Notes under the pieces: model-generated
What the model saw: only the letters and a program-made list of their open reading frames with translations
Told to the model about the DNA's origin: nothing
Databases searched by the model: none
Shown: one piece after another, positions 50,736 to 63,740 of the stretch
How the letters are laid out: every line of letters starts with the position of its first letter
Position numbering within the stretch: position 1 is the stretch's first letter
Made by a program: the position numbers and the translations under genes
NCBI RefSeq assembly: GCF_018977255.1
Contig: NW_024704742.1
Coordinates: forward strand, 72,790,001-72,854,000
Reading direction: 5' to 3'
Length of the DNA: 64,000 bases
Source of the DNA: Callorhinchus milii
Lineage: Eukaryota

Positions 50736-52189
50736 AGTAGGATGTGTTAATACGTACTGTAACATTTCATATCAAGCACGCTTTGATTTATAATTATTAA
50801 TAATCCTTGATTTTGAGACAGCACTTTATCACATCATTCAAAGCTCTTCAGCAAGTTGTTGACCTTGTACAGTGCAAATCCATGGAATTCTGCCAGTTCC
50901 CAGCAAGCACGGATTTGAAAGCAAGATACATAGAAACTCATATCTGGCTTGTGTTATGAAGTGATGACTGTTCAAGCCACAGCAAAGCAGGAGCACCTTT
51001 AGCCATTGAATTAATGTACAAGAGAAATTGGTGGTTGGATCAAACAACAAGCAAATGAAAAAGATAGAACCATAGACAGTTTCATCATAGAAGTCAGCCA
51101 GTCGGCACATCGTGTATGTGGTGGCTCTTTTAAAGATCAATCCTTTCAGTCCCATTGACCTGGTAGTGTAATTCATACAAAACTATCACTCAAGCATAAG
51201 GATGGGTTTTCCACACACCAGATATCCAGATGAGCAAAAATAATACAAAACTAAATCATTGCCACTTTAAGCTGATCCATCTGTTATGTTGCACAAATAG
51301 ATTTAATGTAATTAATTCACGTAACTCACACTTAGCATCACAAACACATCAGACAATTACACGCGGAAGGCTTGCAGTCTTACTGCTGCAATTCTGCTAC
51401 TGCTGCAACTTTGGGTTTGAATGTTCAAAGATTTTTAATTTGTCTTAGCTACGAAAGAGTAGGGGGAGAGAGAAAATGGTGCAAAACACCAGCCAGCACA
51501 CACTACTTTACATGGACTGCCTGAAAAGGTATTTATGGCACCTAAATTTCATTGACCTTCTCACCTTTTTGCTTCTTAAACAGCAGCTGCATTGCAAGTA
51601 ATCCTGCTAAATTCTAAAAAAAAACTTCTATACCAGCAATATTTTAATAAGCAGTTCAGTCAAGATTTATACTATATTCCCTATTTATTAAAATGAGCTC
51701 AGACTCAATCACTTTGGTTTAATTAACTTTGTTCTCTTACTCGTATTGCCTCGGAGAGTCGAGCATTTTATTTGGCGGATAAGTAGGTAGGGATAATGAA
51801 TAATCACGAAAGCTGGATTTTGTAGTTTAACAATGACTGAAGAATGCAGAAGATATTTTCTCTGAACATATTAAAGCATTAGCTTTTTCCCTCTCTCTCT
51901 TATAATTTGAAGTGACAAAAAACACTTTAAAATGCATATTACATTTGTTGTTGTAGTTCTTTATAAAGAACTAGCTGCAGTAACATGTAAATACTGCTTT
52001 TGGCAATAGACGGGGCTGATTGTCGGTCTCAATTTTGGTATTTTTGGAGGCCACAGACAGATACACACAGTCACACCAAATAAACGAAATATATTCACAG
52101 TTGAGATCACAGAATTGTTCTGTGGTTCTGGACATTTCTCTACAGTATAAGATTGTGAGTTAAGATATTGGATTTATCAAACCTACTCC

Positions 52190-52395
52190 TCTCCCAGCCA
52201 TGCTGCTCCTAGAATCAGCATTGTTGCTCTTCCCTGCACCTTCTCCAAAATTTCAATGTCCTTTTTGAGGTTGAACAAGTTTGCAGGGCTATGGGGAGAG
52301 ACCAGGGGAGTGGGATTGTTTGGATAGCTCTTTTCAAAGAGCGGGCACAGACACAAATGGCCTCCTTCTGTGCTGTATAATTCTATGATTCTATG
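52190..52395. mobile_element. Two CR1 scraps: minus (KKDIEILEKVQGRATMLI) and plus 3' tail (ttctatga)n
   Basis: ORF-track peptide plus tail aaatggcctccttctgtgctgtataattctatgattctatg. Confidence 0.7.
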
Positions 52396-52819
52396 AACTT
52401 CACATAGTACATCAAATATAGCCTCACAAATGATCATATACAATTTCAAATAATTGGCAAAAGCCCATTTTTGACAATGACATTAAATTGCTGAAATGTT
52501 CAACAACAACAAAATTACATTTGTATAGCGCCTTTCATGAGGACGTCCCAAGGCGCTGGAAAGGCGTTCAGTAAATTATTACCACATCCAAATGTTTTTT
52601 CTTCTCTACCTTTCTCTGTTAGGCGACGCTCTTTATTTCTGACATGAGTTTATGATTTCTTGTTCAAATTATCATTATCTTGCATTTATCTATAAAAACT
52701 TATTTGCTACACAATGGTCCATTGTCAAATTGGTCCAGTTTCCTGAATGCCATTGTGGCTGGCACGATGAATGAGAAATCAACTCCAGTCGGGAATGCAG
52801 AAAAACAATAATATTCCTT

Positions 52820-53395
52820 GTGTCAGCTTGGCACAGTTGTTAGCACTTTTGCCTCTGAAACAGAAGATTGTGGGACCATGTTAAGATTTTGAACTCATAT
52901 ACCCTAGACTGAAACTCCAATACAGTAATGTGCTGCATTGTAGGAGGTGCCATCCTTCAGAGGAGATGTTAAACCGAGGTCCCGTCTGTCTGTTCAGGTG
53001 GGCATTAAAGAACCCATTTCAAAGAGATGGAGGGGGAGGGGGTGTGGGGTGGGGGTTCTACCAGTGTCCTGACCAAAAATGACTCCAAGAAGAATTGGTA
53101 ATTTCACTTCATGGCTTTTCTGTGGTTATTGCAAATTGGCTGCCGAACTCACCTGCAAAGCATAGTCACAACACTTTACAGTAAATCCTGTGATGCACTT
53201 GTGATGTCCTCCAAATGTGAAAGGTGCTATATCAAATGTAACAAATATTATCATTTATTTTGTATAGCACCATTCACATGAGGAGGACATCTCAAAGCAC
53301 TGCACAGAATATATTGTAAAGATAGTGACTGTATTTTGTAGGCAAATGTGGCAAGCAATTTGCACCTATGTCCCATAAACAGCTATGAAGTGGAT
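52820..53395. mobile_element. Old DeuSINE (+, 52820-53250) tail-to-tail with a DeuSINE 3' part (-, 53250-53395)
   Basis: gtgtcagcttggcacagttgttagcac head, gagatgttaaaccgaggtcccgtctg and aaattggctgccg, followed by a reverse tail. Confidence 0.75.
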
Positions 53396-53699
53396 GGCAA
53401 TTTTTTTATTCAAGGGAATGACTCCAGGAGAAAAATCTTCTTGTCACAATTTCCCCCCTTGTCCCAACACACACATGCGCCACATTCACTATTGCTACAC
53501 AATCCTGGGAGGCATCATAATAATAATCCTTGCATTTGATAGAGCGCCTTATGTCCCTAGAATGTCTCAAAGTGCTTTACGGGAGTTACTGTTAAGTGTC
53601 TGTGTGTATTTTATGAATGTGTCTATCTCTATCCTGCAACCCCTTTTACAAGCGTTCATCCTGTTCTACATTAACAAACTGTCTATGTGATTTAAGTCT

Positions 53700-54304
53700 C
53701 CAGAGTACTGCTGATGATAGACCAGCCAGCTTAGCACATTGGCTAGACAGTGTTTTCCATGGCAAGCTATGTGGCTTTAGCTGGTACCACAGTACTCCGT
53801 TGCACATTCTGGTTCTCCCAAGGCTTCGCTCTTGCCAAGTTATGTCCAATACCATCCAGAATTAACTAAGCAATGTGCATCCCTCCAGGGAGGGATGCAC
53901 ATCGGCTCTGGAACTCCATCCCCCAGTGCCTTCGCCTTGCTTCCTCCCTTTCCTCCTTCAAGGCCGGTCTCAAAACCTTTCTCTTTAACCGAGCCTTCAG
54001 CTCTCCTCTCGACTCTCTTCCCCCTCCTCGCTCCCTCCCTTCCCTCCCCTCACCCTGACCATTTCCCCCCTGCTCGGGTCATGACCCAACTGTGCAGCGC
54101 CTTGGGACGTCCTCCTGACGTGAAAGGCGCTTTATAAATGGAATCTTGTTGTTGTTGTTGTTGAGAGAGTGCACAATCTATTCCAGAGATAGAAAGATTT
54201 CCATGTGTAAGTGGTATACATATGTGGAATTCTCAGTCTGGCTTGGATACTCTTAAGTATAGTGGTGGGTTTCTGTATGTGTCAGACATCCAACTGACAT
54301 AAAA
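53700..54304 (+). repeat. Family X repeat split by an L2 tail
   Basis: gtactgctgatga, gcaagctatgtggctttagctgg and ccctccaggga | resumes gagagagtgcaca...ttggatactcttaag...ctgacataaaa. Confidence 0.75.
53903..54162 (+). mobile_element. Young L2 3' end
   Basis: LWNSIPQCLRLASSLSSFKAGLKTFLF. Tail gggacgtcctcctgacgtgaaaggcgc...(ttg)n. Confidence 0.9.
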
Positions 54305-56449
54305 GAGGTCATTCCCAGTTTACATAGATTTAATTAGACTGTAAAGTATAGAAACAGGCCATTCAGCCTACAGCTCTCAGAGTCTGTTCCAGTACTTTTA
54401 GAAGTCATCTCTGATGATGGAAAATGAACTGAAGCCATCTGATAAATGGATGTTGGTGAGGCATTGAAAGGACATGATGTTCATGCTTACAACCGACTGT
54501 CACTTAAAGGGGAATACTCTCTGAGTGATACAACCCTTCTTTAACTAGGCACCTTCTCATGGTAAGGGAGTCACATACACACACACACACGTTAGGAATT
54601 CACCTTCTCACCAAAAGGTGAAGTTTTACTTATTTTTAATTTAAAATTTTCCCAGCTCAGGTTCCAGAGAGTAATATACTCTGAGCCCTTTGCCCAACTC
54701 TGACATTGGTAAGCAAGAGCAGCAATGACTGGCTTGTTCTTCATTTATCCCTTCCTCCACTGAGAGAGGGTAAAGAGAGAGGAAAAAGAAAAAGAGAGAG
54801 ATACCAACTGAACACCTCCTCCATCCATCTACACATGTGCACATACAGTGTTTATCTCTAAAGGCATGGCTGGGATGCAATAAGTCACTGCAGTGCAGAT
54901 TCATTAATTTGACTTTTACATTCAGAACACAACTTGTGTAGGCCACTCTATCTTCAATACATTTATAAAACAGGTTTCTGGATCCACTTTTTATATAACA
55001 ATTGGATATGTACATCAATCTACCAGTTAACACATCATCTTAGTCCATCAGAACTAATATATTTTGCATGGGCCTTCTGTGACACAGAATCACATTTTAA
55101 ATATCTTTCAGATCCTGTCACTCTTAATAGCATAAGACACAAAATAAACCACATTTTATCTCTGCACCAGTGTCCATAAAAGGCTTCCCCGTTCAGTCTT
55201 TGCTTCACTGTGAATCACATTACTGCAAGGAACACGGAATCCAATAATAGTCTAAATCACTCTGAAAGTTGCATTCCAGTATATACATTAATCAGAGTAC
55301 ATGAGGTAACAAACAAATATTTTACTGCCTGGAACTAAATGGATTGAGAAAGTAAATCATAATGAAGCTTTAAGGTAACACATTAAGAAGGCTATTCAAA
55401 GATCATCTCTCTTTCCCTCTTCCCCATTCCCTGTCAAAGGATTGGCCAAAGGATCCTGTTGAAATCATACTGTTATATAAACTTCTATAAAGGCTCTATG
55501 TAAATTGAATTGTATTTCTCCACCCCCTGCTGCCCCCGTTTAGAAGGTTTGGTTAGATTCATTGTTACGTGGACAATAAACTGCTGATTACAGGAAATGT
55601 ATTTGTATACAAGTTGCATGTGATTTTTTACAATAGACCGGCCAGGATTGAAATTGTCAAGCTGAAAAGTTATAAACAAGCTCCAAAGTGATAACAATTA
55701 GCTTCTTTATAAACGTGCTGGAGCAAACCGTTTCCTTGGATTTATGAAGCAACTGGTTATCACAGATGTAGCTGCTAAGTATTTTCTCTGAATATTTCGT
55801 CTGACATTAATCAAAATAAATAAGCTCCCTCCGTTGGCTCATAGGACAAAGAACATTTGTGTAATAGATGAATGGGAAGTCTTGTTGGCACTCAAAACGA
55901 TGAGATAACATGTGCATACCATTTCCAGAAAGATGTTTGGCAACTTTGAAAGACAGTTCAGTAAAAGTTTGTGGTACTGCACCCAAGTGTAGCACAATAT
56001 CGAAAACACAGACACAACTTGTGAAGATTTTTATAGATCTAAACAGGATAGAACAAGATCTCCTGCAAAGCTTTACTTTGGAAGGACAAGGAGACAGTGA
56101 TTATCTGCTAGAATGGAGACCACCTCCTGCTGGATAATTGAAATTCCTGTAGAATCTAGGTTTCACTTGCTACATTTACACAATACTTAACTGTACGCAG
56201 TCCTGTGTAACCTCTTGGGGAAGCTGCATTTTGGTTTTAAACTATGGATTTAGTTTTGAAAAATATGTTTTTCAAAAATATATTTTACTTAGGGCTAGGC
56301 AACCTCTCCAGGGTCATGGGCCATTCTTCTTGAATTTACTTGTAAAGCATTTTGACTCTTTGATCTCAATAGTGGTGTTGAAAATACCTAGCAGTAAGTA
56401 GCCTTTTGATGTCAATGATTTCAGCAGTAACACTGAGAGTACCACAAGA

Positions 56450-56491
56450 TTTGACATGGAGAGTATATCCTTTGACATGGAGGGTATATCC
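56450..56491. repeat. 21-bp tandem duplication
   Basis: tttgacatggagagtatatcc / tttgacatggagggtatatcc. Confidence 0.85.
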
Positions 56492-57653
56492 TTTCTCAGT
56501 TTCTAAATCAGCTCCCTGAATGCCAACTTTCCAATCCATTTTTGAGTCAATTTCCAAGATACTAGCAATAAATACAACACTTAGTCCAGTACAGAGCCAA
56601 TGGAATAACATGAGTGGTTTAAGATCATTCTGTGCATTCGTTCCAACAATTATTTCAGGAATTTTCACATGTATGTGGGATGCATGAAACTCAGCTTGGT
56701 TTGCATACCCTTAAAAATGCCAATGGGCCAGACAACCAGTTGACCAAGCAGAAAAGTGATAAATAACTGAAACACCAGCATTTTATTACCAAAGTATCCT
56801 TTTCTAACTTAAATAAGCAATCAGTTTTCAAAACACACATGGCATTGTTTCTAGAAGTACATGGAGTTGCCTTCCATCAAGGGCCACAACTATTTCAATA
56901 CTCTGTGCCACTGCCAGGTAATAACTGCATCATTTCATGCATATTACAAGCACAGAGCTGTACCAGGGATGGCCTTACCAAACCATTTCTTAAAGCCATT
57001 GCCCATTCTCTGACAGAGTTGACAGACTCAAAGGAAATGTCCATGTTCTCACAGCTACTCAGGTTCCAAAATGTGATAACTGGCACTAACCCTTTATCTC
57101 AGCACAGCGCAGATCAGCAAAACAATGCTACACTTCTCCCTGGGATACTCAAGGGTTGGGAAAATTGAAAGAAATGGCCAGGGTTCTTCTTGCCAGTCAC
57201 TATCCAGTAAGCTGTGTTGAACAATGTGTATGGATTGGTGCTGGGTAGACCAGGAATTGAGATCACCTGTAATTATCTCCATGGTTCAACAGCCTACCAT
57301 AATGTACTGCAGTATTGAGATTCATATATGAAGACTGTCCACAAACGAGATACTGGAGTCATACTGCAGCATAAGTCAATGGCTTTAGGAGAGGAAAAAA
57401 ATGGGGATTTTTGTCTTATAGCTTTTAATTTTGTATTAGAAATGGTCTGGTACTTATAATAAATAATATAATAATAATCCTTGCATTTGATATTCGAGAT
57501 GTCTCAAAACGCGTCACAGAATTAACTGCATATTTTATGGCGAACTGTGTCAAATTCAGATAACCTGCAATTCAACAGTGCTTACATTGGAAGTTCTCGT
57601 GTAGATCGATGGTCCTCTCTCTCAAAATTAATGTTTATCCACTTTATATCTAG

Positions 57654-57847
57654 ATACACACAGTGAATTTCCAACACTCCTGCATTTTGCTGCCAAAAAT
57701 GGACTCCAGAATCTTACAGCTGTGCTCATGGAAATCCCTGGTGCAATCCAGGCCTGCCGAGTCCTCAATAAATATGGAGAGAGCCCAAGCAGTCTTGCTG
57801 AGAGCCATGGGTTTAAGAAACTTCAAGAGCTCATAGATAAATTGGCG
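57654..57847 (+). CDS. BANK1: Internal coding exon D of BANK1-like gene (ankyrin repeat region)
   Basis: Acceptor actttatatctag and donor GCG|gtaagt. 194 nt, phase 1 to 0; T+AT gives Tyr. Encodes (Y)THSEFPTLLHFAAKNGLQNLTAVLMEIPGAIQACRVLNKYGESPSSLAESHGFKKLQELIDKLA. PTLLH(F/C)AAK.GL is the BANK1/BCAP ankyrin motif. Confidence 0.92.
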
Positions 57848-60569
57848 GTAAGTATTATTGTTCCAATTGTCCTTTTTGCCTTAAATTGAGTGACTTTTCA
57901 TGATCAGCTGGAAGAATGTGGATCAAGGATATGGCATCCCAAATTCTCCTGCTCCTGTTCAGAGTACAGAAAAAGCTGGAGAAAGTGTTCAGGTTAATAA
58001 CCAAGTCCAGTGCCTTCTTGTGCCTCAATGTAACGTGCATCAAACTTGGCCCAGCAGACAATGGCTTACTCTTCAATTAAATTCCTGCATAAATGAGAAT
58101 TTCAGGTCACAAAAACTGTGTGAAACAGATTTCTGCAGTGCAGGCGGTGCTGTGTAAACTTTGTTGTTTTTATTACACACAAAAGATTTTTGATTAATAA
58201 TGATATTTTGATGTAATTACAGAAGGTTTATCTTCTTGGGATAAATATGTAGGTTTGACTCAGTCATGCCAAGAGGTGGTCACAATCTTGAAGGAGGGAC
58301 ATTGCTGGGCATGGCTTGTGTTAGAGGATAGACTGATGTAGACTCTTATTCAGTCCAACCTCCTTAATAATAATAATAATGCTTGCATTTGATATAGCAC
58401 CTTATCACGTCACCTTGAGTCAAAGTGCTTCACAGAATATACTGTAAAGTGAATTGACTATATGTTTGGACTATACTGTGTGATTACATTATTTGACTAG
58501 TGGGTTTGTTCCAGTGTTAAGACAAAAAAAAGCAAATATTTCTGCAAGTTCATACATTAAACATTGCCTGGAACAATAAACTTTATTTAACTTTTACTTT
58601 CATCTTGAGAAGAAGTTGTCCATTTGTTATCACATTCCAAATTCACAATGGCCTTGCAGTAATGACTGCACTTTAGTGTCTATAAATATGCACATGTATT
58701 GAAATACTGGATTCTATATTGCACCCTGCAGTCAAAATTAGCGAAAACAATTAAAACACATGAAAAATGGTGGGATGCTTTTATTCCTGAATAGATTAAC
58801 TTTTCACATTGAGTTCTGCTATGGTTTCTACAGATGTGTTTTATTGTAGGAATGCCTTTATAAAAGGGCATAACGTCAATTGTATTCATAATCCATTATG
58901 ATCCTGCATCACATGTGTAACATTTGTGTAAATACTGATGGATGGAAATTCTGTATATTAATCCCTCTCTTGCTAAATGGAACAATGAATCATCAGAACA
59001 GATGCACCACCGGTAGCATTACTCTGCGCTCATTAAGCAAAGTGCTAATGAAGCATCTTTTATTCATCCAAGATTTCTGCAATTTTAGAGATCTCTACAC
59101 TTCTCTGCAAACATCTGCTTGAGTAACTATTTAAATGTGCAATATATTTTTTATCAGCGCAACTGTAACAGCTGTCTACATGAGCAGCTCATGTGCCCCA
59201 GAAATGCAGTAAATTCCAGAATTACAGGATGACTCACAGGTAATCAGTTTGTTAACATTGCATCAGTAGTTTAAGCTTTACACAGACGACAGCCATGGTC
59301 TTTATGCAAACCACAAAATGTACATTTAGCTGGTCCCAAAGTAAAAGTATAAAATTTTAAAATATCAAAATAAAGCCAAACAGCTATCTTAATTTTCTCT
59401 TGAATTTCTCTGGATAGTCTAATCCCCCCACTATGTAAGATAGTTTCACTTACCTTCTTTTGAAGTCGAGTCCATGTCTCCCCGTTCTTGTTATCTTTGG
59501 ACTACGTTAAACATATTTGTTTAGCTATGCCTTTTTTTAGTCATTTGAATACTTCAGTAAACTCTCCCCAGAACTTTCTGTTCTTCATTGAGCTCGAGCA
59601 GTTTCCACAACCTCTCCTCATATTGAGTGAGTAATCCCATTTATAAATTGGTCGTTTTTTGCCATAGATTTCCAGTTCCAGAATATCCTTACTGTAATAC
59701 TGACCAGAATTAAACACCCAACACCCAAATATGACCCCCGGTGGATCTTACCAGGATTTTCTGCGATTTATCTCTCTCTCTCTATTCCCATGCTTCTTTA
59801 CTGCCAAGCAGAAAGCATCAATATATTTAAGAAGAAACAATGCATACAAGGAAGGACAAGAAAATAGAAACAATGAGTATAGGAGAGGGAATTAGAAAGG
59901 GTGAAGGTTCATGTGACTTTAAACACTGGCACGGATTAGCTGGATCAAATGGCCCATTTCCATGCTGTAGCGTTCTATGTAATTCTACGTATGCAAACCT
60001 TAGCTGCCTTTCTGCTTCATAACTGCTTTCACTAGGGCCACAACACAACCGTTTTCATACCTTGAACAAATTTCCAGCTCTTGAATATTGTGGATATTAA
60101 GGACTATTGAGCCAAGCCCTTAATTTAGAAAAAAAAGCCTGCAAAGAGGAACAAGGTGTGAGGATGCAGCCTTAAATGTCCAGATTAATAGCACCGCACA
60201 AATAATGGTTTATATAACAATCACTGAAATGTCAATCAGCAATTTCAAGTACATTCTATAAACAGCTGTAAACAAAAGTCAATGTTTTTAAATAAAAAGT
60301 ACAGTCAGGCATTTTTTCAATTATTCAAAGCAGTCAGTATATTGCTCATTCAATGAAATTAATAACTTACTTAATATCCAATTAGCATTTTGAAGATTTT
60401 AACTACTACTAGTTTTGTCTCTTGCCTCTCCTGAAGGTTTGGATTCATACTGGAGTTCATGATACTTCAGCAAGTAGCTATTAACTGTGTGGAAGTTTGT
60501 TCCGTTTTCATTGGAGTAAAGAAGGTTCAGAGGCCACCAGATAGAGATGTACAAAATGAGGGGTTTTGA

Positions 60570-60712
60570 CCAGGCATTGCAATCCTAGGATTTCATGATC
60601 CCATTACCATACGGGATCCCAGGATTCAAAACTCCAGAACTAGGGGTTGTAATCCCAGGATCCCATATGGTAATGATCTCCTAAAATCCCGGCATTGCAA
60701 CTCCTAGTTCTG
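60570..60712. mobile_element. Two ~66 bp TIR-bearing mini-elements in inverted orientation (hAT-like MITE pair)
   Basis: Unit 60641-60706 has ends taggggttgtaatccc / cggcattgcaactccta. 60570-60637 is its diverged reverse complement. Confidence 0.65.
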
Positions 60713-61120
60713 TCAGGATGAATAGTGAAAATTTGTTTCTACTGGAAGGGACGTCAGTGGCTAGGGGACATAGTTCTAAGATACTCGCAAGAAAAGGGAG
60801 AGCTCAAGAGTTTTTTTTCACTCAAAGAGTTATTGGGATGTGAAATGTCCTGCCAAGTAAGGTGGTAGAGGCCGAGTCCACTGCAGGTTTCACGAGGGAA
60901 ATAATAATAATCCTTGCAATTGATATAGCGCCTTATTATGTCTTTGATAAGTCTAAGGCACTTCACAGAATAAACTGTAAAGTGAATTGACTATATATTT
61001 AGACAGGTATATGAAAGATAGAGGCTTGAAGGGGTATGGGATAAAGCAAGGCAGTGGGATTTTAGTTATTGATTCCATTTAAATCATTTAATGAGAAAAG
61101 GCCGTTTGGCCATTCAAGCC
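60713..61120 (+). mobile_element. Old CR1 3' fragment interrupted by a SINE tail (60901-61000, minus)
   Basis: ctaggggacatagttctaagat, ttcactcaaagagtt, gaaggggtatggg. Confidence 0.7.
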
Positions 61121-61827
61121 CACAGACCACGCAAAATCTTTTACTCCATCATGGACACCATCCCACTCAATCCACATTCTGGGCAAAACAGTTATGGTAT
61201 AGATATGTCTTTAATCAAAATACATTCAAACAGAAACTCCAGAATATTCATCCATCCCCACACCTCCATTGTTTAACCCTGGCCTTCTTCCATCAACCAA
61301 CAAGATTCCCTCGAGATACCATACTCTTTCAAAACGCCAGCACAGACACAACAGGCTGAAAGACCTGATCTGTAGTGTAAATTTCAATGGTTTGTCCCCC
61401 ATCACCACCAGCAGAGATCATTATATCTTGGAAAGCACTGCTAATCTGAGTCAACACCTTTGTTCTACAATTCTGTTTGCAAGAAGGCACGTATTTAGTT
61501 GTTTTTCTGAAAATGTAATGCAAAACAGTAGAAATTAGAATTATAGAGGACCTTTCAAATCATTAGGGTGTCTCAAAAAGCACCTCACATTAATGGCTGG
61601 GCACCCAAACTGGGATTCGGAGTTGAAACGGTAGGAGGGGTAATTTGACCAAAATTACAAACAAAAAACTACGTCTTGACGTGAGGTTTCAATGTGGGGA
61701 GGGAATGAGTTAGGTGGACTTGAGGAAGGAATTCCAGAGTGGAGACAGAAAACCTATAAGATACAAGTGAGAAAAGTTCCCACCACCAGAGTAGGATATT
61801 GAAGATAAAAGCCCAGAGTAAGAGGGC

Positions 61828-62226
61828 TTTCACCTTCAAAGCCCTCTATGGTCTTGCTCCCGCTCTACGACCTGCTAAACCCCTATCATCCTGCTCGCTC
61901 CCTCTGCTCAGCGGGCTCCGACTTGCTTTACGTCCTCCGCCTCGCCTGCCCCACCATTGGCGGATGGGCCTTCAGCCACTCTGCCCCCAATCTCTGGAAC
62001 TCCATCCCGCAGTCCCTCCGCCTCGCTCCCTCCCTTGCATCCTTCAAGATCCATCTCAAGACCTTCCTTTTCGACTGTGCTTTCGATCACCCTGCTTCAC
62101 CCCTGCCCTCCACCCTCCCACACCCCGACCCTTAGCTCGGGTCCGAAACTCTGACTGTCCAGCACCTTGGGATGTCCTCCTGACGTGAAAGGCGCTATAC
62201 AAATGTAATTTTGTTGTTTTTGTTGT
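61828..62226 (+). mobile_element. L2 3' end
   Basis: FKALYGLAP and LWNSIPQSLRLAPSLASFKIHLKTFLFD, with a (ttg)n tail. Confidence 0.9.
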
Positions 62227-62474
62227 AGGATATGATCAATAAACCCTACAGGGAAAAAAGGTCTCAACTTTTATGCTGTACGTAATATTATTATTGTTAT
62301 TACATAACCAAGGGTTCAGTATATTCCATATAGCTAGTGCATTGCTGCATTCAATGAATGTTGTAAATTTGTCCATGTACTCTGTACTCATAATTAATAA
62401 GGCAATTTCATAGTTAAATATTTAATTTTTAATGTAATACTATTAATGAATTAAATTTGGTCTGCGGTTATTTA

Positions 62475-62622
62475 TGTTTGTGGGACATTGCTGTGTATAA
62501 CTGGCTGCCGTGTTTCGCCCTCAAAATAGTCAATCGACTTTACAGTAAATCCTGTGGAGTACTTTGAGACGTCTTAATGAGGTGATAAGGTGCTAGTTCA
62601 AATGCAAGGATTACTATTATTA
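62475..62622 (+). mobile_element. 5'-truncated Deu-core SINE
   Basis: gtttgtgggacattgctgtg...caaatgcaaggattactattatt. Confidence 0.75.
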
Positions 62623-63094
62623 TGATGGCTGGAAACTCGCCTGCCGTTAGAAGGGGAACATGAAGCAAACTGCTGTTAATTGAGAGCAAACACTGTTTAT
62701 TTACGAGTTTATTCTATGTCCTCACTTACTCTGATCGCTTTTTATCTTATGGGCTTTTTCTCAAGAATCACCTCCTCACAATAACATCTAGGTCTCACCT
62801 TTTAAAGGTTTTAAAAGTCCGAAGTTTTCAAACTTTATTTTACTAATGAAAATATCACCTCTTATTTTACATGTACTTAGCATTACTCAGGGAAATTGTG
62901 ACCTTAACCTCTAGGCTTCACTGTAGTATCATTCGTTTATTGTTATTTTAAATTAAATTGCTAATTACCATTTACACCATCACTGTGTGTAGAGACCTAG
63001 GGGTAACAATTCCATCCAGCACATGCTGCACAAGTACAATCCCAATAAAAATCACAATGGAATTTTTACCCCAATGCTGATATGCTTAGAATAA

Positions 63095-63540
63095 GAATAA
63101 TCTGATATTTTTCATGGCACCTTATCTTGTTGAAATGGCTCAAAACATTTCACAAAATTTACTGTAAAGTGTAGTGACTATATTTTAGGCAAACTGGCAG
63201 CCAAATTGTACAGAGCAATGTCCTACAAACACAAAGTGAATGACAAATTTTATTTGGTGAATTGTTGGCTAGGACACTGGAAGAAACTATAGTCTCTGAG
63301 TTCCAGCATCTGCAGTATTTTGCATTTTGTTTATAGCCTCTGAATAGCATCATGGGATCTTTAACATCCACTTGAACAGGCTGGCAGGACCATGGTTTAA
63401 CATCTCATTTGAAGGAAGGGCATTCCAGACATTGAAAATACTCCCAGTGCTGCATTTTGAGCTCAAGGACTGACATGAGTTTTATACCCACAACTTTCTG
63501 ACTCAGAGGTAAGAGTGCTGCCAACTGATCCAGTCTGACA
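63095..63540 (-). mobile_element. Old DeuSINE, near full length
   Basis: ttctgactcagaggtaagagtgctgccaactga head and catgggatctttaacatccacttgaacagg. Confidence 0.78.
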
Positions 63541-63642
63541 ACTGCTTTCACCTTAATGGGTGGAATACCTTACACCTAAAATGGTTTACACATAAAATAA
63601 ATACCCATTCTAAACATCAGTTGCAGACATTAGCCAAATACT

Positions 63643-63740
63643 CCCCCTGCTCGGGTCATGACCCAACTGTGCAGCGTCTTGGGACGTCCTCCTGACGTGA
63701 AAGGCGCTCTATAAATGGAATCTTGTTGTTGTTGTTGTTT
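63643..63740 (+). mobile_element. Very short young L2 3' end
   Basis: Two mismatches against 54066-54162 before the (ttg)n tail. Confidence 0.88.

Noticed and set aside
55910..56137. 75-aa ORF in non-repeat sequence
   Set aside because: No recognisable domain and no convincing splice donor. Cannot be supported without a search.
56290..56750. Possible hAT MITE starting at agggctaggcaacc
   Set aside because: No convincing matching right TIR or TSD.
57900..58157. ORF just downstream of exon D as a candidate next exon
   Set aside because: No recognisable BANK1/BCAP similarity and no convincing splice-site pair. The next exon is poorly conserved, so I may have missed it, or it lies beyond the window.
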